Source: Antedon mediterranea (taxonomy: Eukaryota > Animalia > Echinodermata). From it: a stretch of DNA of 64,000 bases. Location: NCBI RefSeq assembly GCF_964355755.1, contig NC_092676.1:4689888-4753887 (forward strand). Direction: 5' to 3'. Positions within the stretch are counted from its first letter, which is position 1, and the number at the start of each line of letters is the position of its first letter. Below, one piece after another: positions 33,957 to 47,646 of this stretch. The notes beneath the pieces are model-generated. The model was given only the letters and a program-made list of their open reading frames with translations. It was not told where the DNA came from and did no database searches. The translations under genes were made by a program, and so were the position numbers.

Positions 33957-36900
33957 AATAACTCTTTAAATTAAACTAACTTTTTTTAGATTAAAATAAC
34001 TTGAATTTTAGATTGAAAGAAATTGTTTATTAAAATACCTCGACTTTTAAAATAAAATAATTCTTTTAGATTAAAATAAAATTTTTTTAGAATAAATAAC
34101 TTGAATTTTAGCTTAAAATAACCATTTTTAGATTAAAATAACTTGAATTTTAGATTAAAATAACTTGAATTTTAAATTAAAATAACTAGAATTTTAGATT
34201 AAATAACTTGAATTTTAGATTAAAATAACTTAACATCTAGATTAATATACCGGTAATCCTTTTTTAGATTATAATAACTTAACATCTAGATTAATATACC
34301 GGTAATCCTTTTTTAGATTACAATAACTTGTATTTTAGATAAAAAGTTGACTTTAGATTAATATAACTCTTACTGTAGATTACCATTGTTTAAATGAATG
34401 TTCACACATTTTAAATACTTTAAAATTACTCCACTTTTATATTGAAGTAATTTAACTATTTTAGAATAAAATTACTCTTTAGTTCTAGAGATAAACTTTC
34501 AATAAAAACAATGAACAATACTATTTTTAAACATTTTAAAAATGTATTTATTGATTGCATTCTTCGCACTTAAAATATCATGATATTGTATAATAAAATA
34601 AAAATTATTACAAAAGTTACAAATTTAATTCAGCAAACTCTCTGTAAAAATTGAGACATATTAAGATTTACAATATCTTGCATACCATATTAATTTTATA
34701 TTTGTTTACTTGCCTCGAATTTAATTGCCAATATTTCTTTAAAGTTTACATATTACAAATATTGTTGAGATTGATTAATTACATGACCTTTGACATCAAA
34801 CACTTTTATCATGATTCAACAATAATTTTTCAAGAGCCATAAATGGTGCTTCTATAGAAACAGACAAAATAAATGCAGCAGCATATGAAAGCACAATATT
34901 ACCAATGAAAAAGTATACCAACAACAGATCAGTAAAATAGATCATATTGGGTAAAGAATAATAGAAAACATACATTATTATGGGATGGAGAAGGTATGCA
35001 CAGTAGTTAATTCGGGAAAGTGGTATCCAAAAGGACCAGGAGAGTAGGGAGTTTACTGGCCCACCGTATCCTGTGACACAAGCAAAGACAACCCAACCAA
35101 GAGCCACAGCCCATGAAAATCTTGATAATGTTGTATATATAACCGTCGCTGCTTCATTTAATGGATTACCATGGTAAGTGCCGTATAGACCATAAATAAC
35201 AGCGAGAGAAATACCAGTTGCAGCCATCCATCCCATAATAGCTACATATCGAGGCATGCGAACACGATCTTTATATTTGTACAAGATGTAACCAACAGCC
35301 ATTCCAACCAAATACGTAGAAATACGAGTATATGGACGCACATATATTTCACCAGCGCCATGACTTTGTTGATCAGTCTGTGGAGCAAGTAATGATGTAG
35401 TGACGTCATATTTTATGGACAGGCCAATTTAACTGCCGAAACAGGATATAAGGAGAGCACTCCAGAATGCCACGCCAACAAAGAAGTAGTGATACAATAG
35501 ATAGATAACAAATGGACTTATGATGTAAAACTGCATGTCATTAGCAAGATACCAACTCCATCCAATACATTCAACAAGACTAGAAGGATACAGGTTATTT
35601 ATGTACAACAGATTTGTCCACCAGTATTTCTGACAGTAGGTCACTGAACTCTCTACACCAGGAGGAGGGTTTGGATCAAAAAAAGATTGATAAAGAGGGC
35701 CATTTGCAAAATGCGGAGTAAGAGTCGTATAAACAAAAATGACCATAGCATATACAGGAGTGAGTCTTAGATATCTGTGAACATAAAACATCAGCCAGTT
35801 AAGCTTACCATCATGTTTCTGTAAATATTTTAGGGTTAAGTAAGTTACGAGCAAACCACTTAGAAAGAAGAAAGAATCAACAGAAAATGTAGCATTGCCA
35901 ACCGCTTGGAATGTAAATCGGCTAAGTACTTCAATAATTTTTGTTGAATTACTAAATAAGGTCATTGCAAATACGTAAGTATGTCCCAACATAACCCACC
36001 ATAAACTAATTACTCTAATACCATTTAAGGCACCTAGACTTTGTTCTCCTTGCTTGGTTTTTAGAATCTTACTACCATTGATCAATAATGAAAAACAGAG
36101 AAGAATGTCTCTAAAAAGTCCTAAACTTGTTCTAATCTTCACTGACGCATGTGATGTATCGGTATTTGGTGTAGTTCTATTGGTGGTTGGAGTAATGTTG
36201 ACACTGTGTTTATCTGTATGATCTTCAGCCAATCTTTCAAATCCATCTTGTCCACTGTCTTGCCGTCTTTTCAAGACATCATAAATTGTTCCACTTATTA
36301 TCATTAGTCCAAAGAAAGAGAGAAAAATCAAACAAATGATAGCAGCAGCTGAATATTCTGGTACATTGTTACACATAACATCAGACACAAACAAAAGACT
36401 GTTTGGTTTTTTAGGTCCCAAGATTTCCATCAAATCACTGTTGCTGCAGCTGTCAGGAACACATATTCCAATACTAGGAAGCTTTGTCTTTCCACTATAA
36501 AGTCCAGCGATGCAATATTCGGCTTTAAAGTTGTCTTTTCCATCATCAACTTTCCGTGACTGGTTCAAACATTCGTCGTAAAGTCCAAACCAATACTGGA
36601 TGTCACCTTGAAGAAGACCAGGGGGTAGTTTACCATAAGAGTCTATCATCATCAACGCATAATGTTCTTCTTTCAAAAGATCCAATTGGAATGTTCCTAA
36701 GTCTTCACGACACTTACTCGAATGTTTGGGTGTCATTGTAGTTTCAGTGACATTTCTTGTTGTGTAGTTTGTCACAATTGTTACTAACGTTGAAAAATCG
36801 GTGACATTTGCAATTTCTGTTGTAGGTAGATTAGTTGTAGTTAATGTCGGTTCTGTATTTTTGGTCGGAGTCGTCATTTTTACCGCATCAATTTCTGGTT

Positions 36901-39900
36901 CCAACACCTCCGAGTACATCAACGGTGTCAGAATAAGCTCATCCACAGCTGCTTGCAATTCCTCTGCTTTTGCCTGGTATGAATTGACGTACCTTTGTTT
37001 TGCGATAAATTTCATCGCGTCTCCCTCATTTTTGATAATGTGCTGTTGTCCTTGGCAGCCTACAGCCAACATCAAAATAACTAGTAACATTCTTGTATTT
37101 TTGTAGTCCATTTAATGTTTTCAAATCTACATGTATTACTTTTATACAGTACTTGTACAGTTAGAAAATACATTGACTGTGCTTTAAACACAGTGAGTAA
37201 ATCACATCACAGGTTCATGATCACACAATGGACTTTGGTTTATATGATGGTTTTAACCAATTAGGACATTGATTGTGTAATACACTTTAGCCAATCAGAA
37301 GGCTTCATTCTTACATCATAATAGTGTGTTTACCTATATTTAATTGTGGATGGATGTTTGAAGATTATAGAATTGGTATTGACTGCTTTTATTAAAACAG
37401 TGGATTCTATTTATTTATTAAACTGATTTGTTTTATGAGTAAACATTGATTACACAATATGTATATTCTGTGTACATAGACAAGGCTCAGCATTACTCCT
37501 TTCCTTTAATACACATCTAAGAAAGAGGCCTAACAAAAAATATGTTTGGAAAAAGAAGGGTTGATCAGGTGGAAAAATAAGAAATTTTCTCTGTTTTCAT
37601 GCGTGGGAGTGGGAATTTTGTTGTTGTTAATGATCAAAAATGCATTTTGTTCTAATTTTTGTTTTATCTTTATTTTTTTACACCGTTTTTAATGCTGATT
37701 TGAGCAAATTTATTCTGGTAGTAAATCTTTTTAGGATTTTGATTGGACTTATGTAATTTTTAGACTGTACAGTAATTTAGGTGAAGTACTGTAACTAATA
37801 AATACAAGTGATTTACATGCGGCAATTTCAATTTGATTGTTTTAAAACTATTAATATTATTATTATAAATTGTTAAATGTTTGCCCTACTGTGACATAAT
37901 TGTACTATAGGTAGATATATAGATATAGATATAGATATATATATATAGTATATATATACTTACTGAGAACAGCAAGTAATTCTCAAATGGGACATCAGAC
38001 CAGGGATATACATGTCCCTGATCAGAATATCTCTATGATCAGACCAAGCTAGTTCACCAACTACACTACACACAAGTTTTGTACTTTACTGCCCTCAATT
38101 ATAACCCTTTCAGAACAAAATAACTGTTAGAATTTCTTTGCTTATAACGATTGCTTTAAAGCAACTCCAATAGATTAAAGATGTATTGTCCTCCCAAAAC
38201 ATTAACAATTAAGATTAATTAAATATACTTTGAATAGGTTAATTTTTAGTTTTAAAGTTAATCCTTTCCGTAAAAAAAAAAAAAAAAAAAATCTTTTCTC
38301 ATAAAATGACAAAATAAATGGTAAAATTCAACCAAAAACCCATTGGCTGGCAGTGACAGCCAATTTGACTATTTTTTTTCAGGTAAATATATTCTTTTCC
38401 ATTCAATTTTTGTTCAAAGTGTATAACTATTAATTATTATGTGACAGTTTTCGCAACCTTACGATAACGAAAACGGATACGTCACACATTTGTGAAACTT
38501 TTGAGCTGATCCCCATTTCATATTCGTAAAGCGTATTCGTGTTGACGAATATCACCAGTCATATTCGCAAAACGAGTATAGTTTTTGATCTATTTTGCAC
38601 ATTTTGCATTTGAATCCGGAATGATTCATGATTATAATATAATTATACTTTTATTGAAAGTACTGTAATTTACTAAAGTAATTTACTAAAATGCCAGGTC
38701 AATTTTGATAAATAGCAGTCCTCACTCGATTTGATGTTGATCGCCGTTACGCTAGGCCTAGGCAACCAAGCAACACGTCGTACCTGCGCTTCGCTTAAAT
38801 TTACCGCAATCATATTTTGGACGGCGCCCTCAATATTTCGTTGCCATGCGAAACAGATTTTTACTGGCTTACGAAAAAACGAATATGTGTGCCTGACGTT
38901 TTCGTTATCGTATTCGTGAGATTGCGAAAACTCCCTATTAAAATGGCATGTTCAACCAAAAAAATGGAAAAAAATATTCAGGGGGACAATACATCTACAT
39001 AAACTAAATAAAAACAATCAACTACAGTGTATTATTAAAATTATCTTTCTTTTTTAAAGTTTTATTGATCACATTCTTCCAACTTTAAATATCATGATCC
39101 AGTATAATAAAATATAATCCAATTATTACTATTTTAACATTATTTGAATGATTAAATAGCAGAATTACAACTTCCTTATAAAAAATATAATTATTTAAAA
39201 TCTATGACTTAAGCTCTGTCTACACCATCAAACTAATTTGACAAACAAGTGTGATGTGCCCAAATATGGTAGTGATATGACATCATCATGTCCCTATATG
39301 GGCACATCACATTTTTTTGTCACAAGTTTGATAGTGTAGACAGAGCTTTAGAGTACAATAATTACTGGAAAAACTATTTTAACTTTCTAGTATTAGCCAA
39401 TCAGGACTCTGATTATGCAATAATTATTTTAGATTTAATATCAGATTCAGATATGCTTCAAATGTACATCATAATGTTAATCTTTGTAAAGCTCTGACTA
39501 ACCATAGATATCTCTATGGACTAACTAGTTTGACAAAAGTGTGCCCAAACATGGTAGTGATATGCCTAAATGTGGTAGTGATATGATATCATCATGTTTT
39601 GATAGCATAATGCTGTTTACATTTTAACTTTCTTATCTGATAAAATATTACATGACCTTTGACATCAAACACTTTTATCACGATTCAACAATAGTTTTTC
39701 AAGTGCCATAAATGGTGCTTCTATAGATACAGACAAAATAAACGCAGCAGCATATGAAAGCACAATATTACCAATGAAAAAGTAAACCAACAACAGATCT
39801 GTAAAATAGATCATATTGGGTAAAGAGTAATAGAAAACAAACATTATTATGGGATGGAGAAGGTATGCACAGTAGTTAATTCGGGAAAGTGGTATCCAAA

Positions 39901-42900
39901 AGGACCAGGAGAGTAGAGAGTTTACTGGCCCACCGTATCCTGTGACACATGCAAAGGCAACCCAAGCAAGAGCCACAGCCCATGAAAACCGACTGAAAGT
40001 GGCATACACTACAGATGCTGCTTTATTTAATGGGTCACCATGGAAGTTGCCATAGAGACCATAAACAACAGCAAGTGCAATACCAGTTGCAGCCATCCAT
40101 CCCATAATAGCTACATATCGAGGCATGCGAACACGACCTTTATATTTGTACAAGATGTAACCAAGAGCCATTCCAACCAAGTATGTGGAGATACGAGTCC
40201 ATGGTCTAACATATAGTTCATCAGAACCAAGAGTTTTTTGATCTGGAGTCTGCGGAATAAGACCAGTGTAAATGTCTAATTTAATTGAAATGCCAATTGA
40301 ACTGCCGAAACAGGCTATAAGGAGAGCACTCCAGAATACCACGCCAACAAAGAAGTAGTGATACAATAGATAGATAACAAATGGACTTATGATGTAAAAC
40401 TGCATGTCGTTAGCCAGATACCAACTCCATGCCAAACATTCTTCACCAAGACCTGATGGATAGAGATTATTGATGTACAAAAGATTTGTCCACCAGTACT
40501 TTTGGCAATATGTTGCTTGACTCTCAACACCAGGAGGGGGATTTGGGTCAAAGACAGATTGATAAAGAGGACCATTTGCAAAATAAGGTGTAAGAGTTGT
40601 GAAAATAAAAATTACCATCATGTAAACGGGAGTGAGTCTTAGATATCTGTGAACATAAAACATCAGCCAGTTAAGCTTACCATCATGTTTCTGTAAATAT
40701 TTAAGGGTTAAGTAAGTTACGAGCAAACCACTTAGAAAGAAGAAAGAATCAACAGAGAATGTAGCATTACCAACCGCTTGGAATGTAAATCGGCTAAGTA
40801 CTTCAATAATTTTTGTTGAATTACTAAATAAGGTCAATGCAAATACGTAAGTATGTCCCAACATAACCCACCATAAACTAATAACTCTAATACCATTTAA
40901 GGCACCTAGACTCTGTTCTCCTTGCTTGGTTTTTAGAATCTTCCCACCATTTATCAGCAAAGAAAAACAGAGGAGAATGTCTCCAAAAAGTCCTAAACTT
41001 GTTCTAATCTTCACTGACGCATGTGATGTATCTGTATAGGGTGTGGTTCCATTAGTCGTTGAAGTAGCGTTGACACTGTGTGTATGATCTTCAGCCAGTC
41101 TTTCAAATCCATTTTGGTGACTGTCTTGCCGTCTTTGCCAAATATCATAAATTGTTCCACTTATTATCATTAGTCCAAAGAAAGAGAGAAAGATCAAACA
41201 AATGATAGCGGCAGCTGAATATTCTGGTACCTGGTTGCAATTAACATAAGACACAAATAATGTACTATTGGGTTTTTTAGATCCTAAGATTTCCATCAAA
41301 TCACTGTCACTGCAGCTGTCAGGAACACATATTCCAATACTAGGAAGTTTTGTCGTTCCACTATAAAGTCCAGCGATGCAATATTCGGCTTTAAAATTGT
41401 CTTGTTCATTGTCAATTTTCCGTGACTGGTTCAAACATTCGTCGTAAAGTCCAAACCAATACTGGATGTCACCTTGAAGAAGACCAGGTGGTAGTTTACC
41501 ATAAGAGTCTATCATCATCAACGCATAATGTTCTTCTTTCAAAAGATCCAATTGGAATGTTCTTAAGTCTTTACGACACTTACTCAAATGTTTTGTTGTC
41601 ATTGTAGTTGGAATTTCAGTGACATTTCTTGTTGTGTAGTTTGTCACAATTGTTACTAACGTTGAAAAATCGGTGACATTTGCAACTTCTGTTGTAGGTA
41701 GATTAGTTGTAGTTGATGTCGGTTCTGGAGTTTTGGTCAAAGCTGTCAGTTCCAACACCTCTGAGTACATCAAAGGTTCTAGAATAAGCTCATCCACAGC
41801 TGCTTGCAATTCCTCTGCTTTTGCCTGGTATGAATTGACGTACCTTTGTTTGGCGATAAACTTCATTGCGTCTGCCTCATTTTTGATAATGTGCTGTTGT
41901 CCTTGGCAGCCTACAGCCAACATCAAAATAACTAGTAACATTCTTGTATTTTTCGAATTCATTATGATACAGAATTACATTCACTTCTATTGTAGTGTTT
42001 CCTTTTTTATAGTTCAGTGTGTTTAGTACATGTATCATGACTATGCTTTTATCACACTTTCAGTAATCACACAATTCAATGGACTTTGGTTTATGAACAC
42101 ACATTTTTAACCAATCAGGACATTGATAGTGCAATCACCTTTATCCAATCAGAAGACTTCATTCTTACATGATTAATTTTACCATGGAGAAATAAGTTTC
42201 TCCATGATTTTACCTAGTGACTGTGTTTGCAGCTTGTAGAATTATATTGACTGATTTTATTGGAAAAGCAGTAAATCTTTTTATCTTTAATAACTGATTA
42301 ATTTCACAGACTACATACTATTGATACATATACGAGATGTAAATCCTCCTTGTATTGTTCAGTTCAATTTGTGCAGTGGGCTAAGTGTAACCGGCCAACA
42401 CTGTTGTTTTGGAGTGACCTTATGTCATGTTTTAAAGCTCAGGTACAGTCATGAATTTTAAATATAATATTTGGTTAATTGTACATAAATCAAATATTTG
42501 TAACAGAAATCGAGACGAAAAAACATGAATTTCCCTTAATATGGTCAAATACAAAATTTGGCAAAATTCTTCCATAAAAAACAGAAAGACTTTTTTTCAG
42601 TAGTTAGGTAGTTAACCTAATGTAATAACATGTCTGGTGACTCCCTAGACGGTGAAAAAAGATGGTGGATATACAGTGGATAATTTTTGCTATAGCATTA
42701 AAATAAAAAGCTGAAGTTGAATAAAAATATCAGAAATGTAATATTCAAGTTATATTACCTATATTTAGTCATCTGATAACATTTTTTACCACACCGTTTA
42801 TTTTTCATAGCTTTTTAAAATGCCTCTCTATTTACAAAATTTGTGTACAAAAGAATAGAGATTTTACTGTGTAATTTGAACTATCCCCCCACTGATAAGA

Positions 42901-45900
42901 AAGTGCTTATTTTCAACAAGCTTGTGTAACACAAATAAAATCCCAAAAATTATGAAACATAGGGGAAACTATAGATCGATAATTATTGGAATGTATGATC
43001 AATAGAAATTTTTTTCCCGCACCTGGCCTTTAATGTCTAGAAAAATTCAATTCCATAAACTATACCATAGAGCTTGGATAGTTTTATTAAGGTTAACAAG
43101 GCCATATACATGGCTGCAGTCGTGTGCTAAAGTTAGTGTTTACCGACCGACTGACCAACCACCCGACCGACATAGTGAGCTGTAGAGTCACGTTGCACGC
43201 GACTATAAAAACACCAGTTCACACTGAACACAAAGTTTCTGGCTACTCAATAAATGTATAATTCAAATGGCGCTCAACTCATATGTTGCGGTTTTTAAGT
43301 AAGCTAATTTTGACTTTGGGCCTCTTTTGCTCTCACTTTTTTTTAAATGGTCATATTTAGTATAAAAAAGGTTGCATAAATCATTCAAAGTTTCATTGAA
43401 ATCCGGTCAAATTCATATAGTAGGTATATAGAGATTTAAATGGGCTTTAGTTCAGCAAAAATTCAACATACCTTTATTGAATTTGTGCTGTAATTCGTTG
43501 AAACACTTTATATTTTTATGTATGAAGTTTCATTCGTACAGTAGGTATGTAAATGAAAACTGGGATACTTGCTACAACCAAGGATGCCGAGCTCCGGATA
43601 TCAAAGGTTCTATCTCTGGCTGTGACACGATCAGTTCCATTCCCCCGTGCGCCATGGAGAATACTACAGTACTGTTGGTATTTTCGCAGCCAGACATAAG
43701 ATCAAAGTACTGTTATGATTTCCTATCTTGGCAATTCGAGCTCACTGTTGTTAGATTGCCTAATAGTGTCATAATAGTATTAAAGATCACCATTAAAAAA
43801 TTTAAATTTTGAACGTCAAAATAATAATCATTGGTATAGTGTATCATATGTCTAGGTTGTCTGTTATTTTAAACTTCCAAATAAAACAATTAACTTCAGT
43901 AAATAAAATTATCTCTTTTTTATTAATTTTTAATTACCACATTCTTTCAACTTTAAATATAGTTAAGTATAGTTTTATCATTATAAAAGTATAAATTGTG
44001 TAACATAATATTTACTACTAACAAAACTTTTTTTTTCAGAAGAAATTAACATCATTTTTAATTAATCTTTGATAATAATAAAAATAGTAATAATAATATG
44101 AGCAATTGCTTTAAATAATTGGAGATGGGCAGGCTATGTTGCAAGACTCTATGACAAGATGGAAAATCAGGAAAACGGTTTGGCAACTAAGGATAAGGAA
44201 AAGAGGCAAACCCAAAATGAGATAGAGAAATGACGAAAACAACTTACTGGTTGAGAATAACAACAAAGTATATAGAGAACTTACTGTAGGAGGAGGGATA
44301 TGTTCTGAAGTGTACTACTAAACTAACTGACATTAAACACTTCTATCACGATTCAACAATAATTTTTCAAGGGCCATAAATGGTGCTTCTATAGATACAC
44401 ACAAAATAAATGCTGCAGCATATGAAAGCACAATATTGCCAATGAAAAAGTAAACCAACAACAGATCTGTAAAATAGATCATATTGGGTAAAGAATAATA
44501 GAAAACAAACATTATTATGGGATGGAGAAGGTATGCACAGTAGTTAATTCGGGAAAGTGGTATCCAAAAGGACCAGGAGAGTAGAGAGTTTACTGGCCCA
44601 CCGTATCCTGTGACACATGCAAATGCAACCCAAGAAAGAGCCACAGCCCATGAAAACCGACTGAGAGTAATGTACACAACTGATGCTGCTTTATTTAATT
44701 GGTCACCATGAAAGTTGCCATAGAGACCATAAACAACAGCAAGAGCAATACCAGTTGCAGCCATCCATCCCATAATAACTACATATCGAGGCATACGAAC
44801 ACGACCTTTATATTTGTACAAAATGTAACCAATAGCCATACCAACTAAGTATGTGGAGATACGAGTCCATGGCCGAACATATATTTCTGGAGTACCAAAC
44901 GTTTTTCTCTCTGGATTAAGTGAAATAATACCTGTATAAATATCATATTTGATTGAAAGGCCAATTAAACTGCCGAAACATGCTACAAGAAGAGCACTCC
45001 AGAATGCCACGCCAACAAAGAAGTAGTGATACAATAGATAGATAACAAATGGACTTATGATGTAAAACTGCATATCGTTAGCCAGATACCAACTCCAGTC
45101 GACACACTCTTCCAGATTATTAGAAGGGTAGAGGTTATTGATGTATAAGAGATTTGTCCACCAGTATTTCTGACAGTATGACACCTGACTCTCCTCACCA
45201 GGGGCAGCATTTGGATCAAAAACAGATTGATAAAGAGGACCATTTGCAAAATGGGGTGCAAGAGTCGTAAAAATAAAAATTACCATCATGTAAACGGGAG
45301 TGAGTCGTAGATATCTGTGAACATAAAACATCACCCAGTTAAGCTTACCTCCATGATTCTGTAAATATTTAAGGGTTAAGTAAGTTATGAGCAAACCACT
45401 GAGAAAGAAGAAAGAATCAACAGAGAATGTAGCATTGCCCACAGCTTGAAAGGAGAACCGACCAACCACTTCAAGAATTTTTGTTAAATTACTAACCAAT
45501 GTAAGAGAAAATATATATGTATGTCCCAACATGACCCACCATAAACTAATAACTCTAATACCATTTAAGGCACCTAGACTCTGTTCTCCTTGTTTGATTT
45601 TTAGAATCTTACTACCATTTATCAACAAGGAAAAACAGAGAAGAATATCTCCAAAAAGTCCTAAACTCATTCTAATCTTCCCTGACTCGTGTCCATGTGA
45701 TGTATCGGTATTTGGTGTGGTTCCATTAGTTGTTGGCGTAGCATTGATGCTGTGTTTATCTGTATGATCTTCAGCTAGTCTTTCAAATCCATCTTGTCCA
45801 CTTTCTAGCCTTCTTTTCCAAATATCATAAATTGTTCCACTTATTATCATTAGTCCAAAGAAAGAGAGAAAAATCAAACAAATGATAGCGGCAGCTGAAT

Positions 45901-47580
45901 ATTCTGGTACCTTGTTGCACTTAACATAAGAAACAAACAAACGACTATTTGGTTTTTTAGGTCCCAAGATTTCCATCAAATCACTGTTGCTGCAGCTGTC
46001 AGGAACACATATACCAATACTGGGAAGCATTTTAATCTTTTGACCACTCAGTCCAACAAGACAATATTCGGCTTTAAAATTGTCTTTTCCATCATCAATT
46101 TTCCGTGACTGGTTCAAACATTCGTCATAAAGTCCAAACCAATACTGCACATCACCTTGAATTAGACCAGCGGGGAGTTTACCGTAGGAGTCTATCATCA
46201 TCAACGCGTAATGTTCTTCTTTCAAAAGATCCAATTGGAATGTTCCTAAGTCTTTACGACACTTACTTGAATGTTTGGGTGTCATTGTAGTTGGAATTTC
46301 CGTTGTTGTGACATTTGCTGCTTTTGTAGGAGTCTTTGTTTCTGCATCCATGACAGTTGATGTCTGCTCTGGAGTTTTAGTCGGAGTTGTCATTTTTACC
46401 GCATCATTTTCTGGTTCCAACACCTCTGAGTACGTCAACGGTTCTAGAATAAGCTCATCCACAGCTGCTTGCAATTCCTCTGCTTTTGCCTGGTATGAAT
46501 TGATGTACCTTTGTTTGGCAATAAACTTCATCGCGTCTTGCTCGTTCAAAACAAGTTGTGGTTGACCACGACAAATATAACTGATAGCCAATATTAGGAT
46601 GAATGGTATTCTTCTTGAAAGTTTACCCATAGTGCAAACTACCGTCTTTTTAATGCCCAAATTTTGCCTTCTTCTTGTAGAGCAATCTTTTGTGTACTGT
46701 GATGTTACATAAAATGATCAGCATATATTTAATGTTGGATCACATTGGACTTTGTTTAATGTACAAGATATCATTTTATCAATAATGCTTTCAGTTATGT
46801 GACACCTACAGTATACCAACCAATCAGGATTGTGTAACCTTATTATGCTATGTATTTAGTCTGTGATTTTAGGTACATAGTTTGACATTTATCAATTTTG
46901 TATTTCATAAGCAACATCCTTGGTTCAGAAGCAGGTCAATCATCCTTAAGGCTCGAAAATTAAACATTTGTTGTGCAAGATCTAACTAGCAAAATGAGCA
47001 CCAAAAATAAAGAGGGCATACCTGTATATCTTTATAACTGTATATTTAGTAGGCTTATATTCAGTAGGCCTATATATTTTTTCAGTGACCGCTGTCTCTA
47101 GTCTCGCAGGCTTCCAAGTCTCCCAATAACCATGAAAGGTTCATTCGTAACATCCTCCATCCTCCTGTGCAATTTCTGATGATTGTTTTATGGATACGGA
47201 AAAAAACATCTTATAAAAGTACTAGGCCCTCAAAAGACAAAAAAATGCAGTTTCTGCCATTTCCATGTTGGGAATGATGGTGATTTGTAGGGAGGCGCTT
47301 ACCTGAGGGCATAGTACATGGACTATACCATTTGTGGGTAGGGGTGTTCAATGAAAATTTCTACTTTTAGTTATATCTACTGTAGCTCTTCGAGGAGAAA
47401 GGGCTATTGTTGGTTTATCCAGGTAAGCTAGCACTTACAGACTACCAACACAACTGTTGCTTTGTGTATTTACTACAGATGGCAAGGCCAAATGCGACTC
47501 TACAGCATACTATGTCGGTTGGTCGGTCAGTTGTTTGGTCGGTAAAACACTAACTCAAATTTGAGCACGCGACTGCAGCC

Positions 47581-47646
<66 letters not shown>

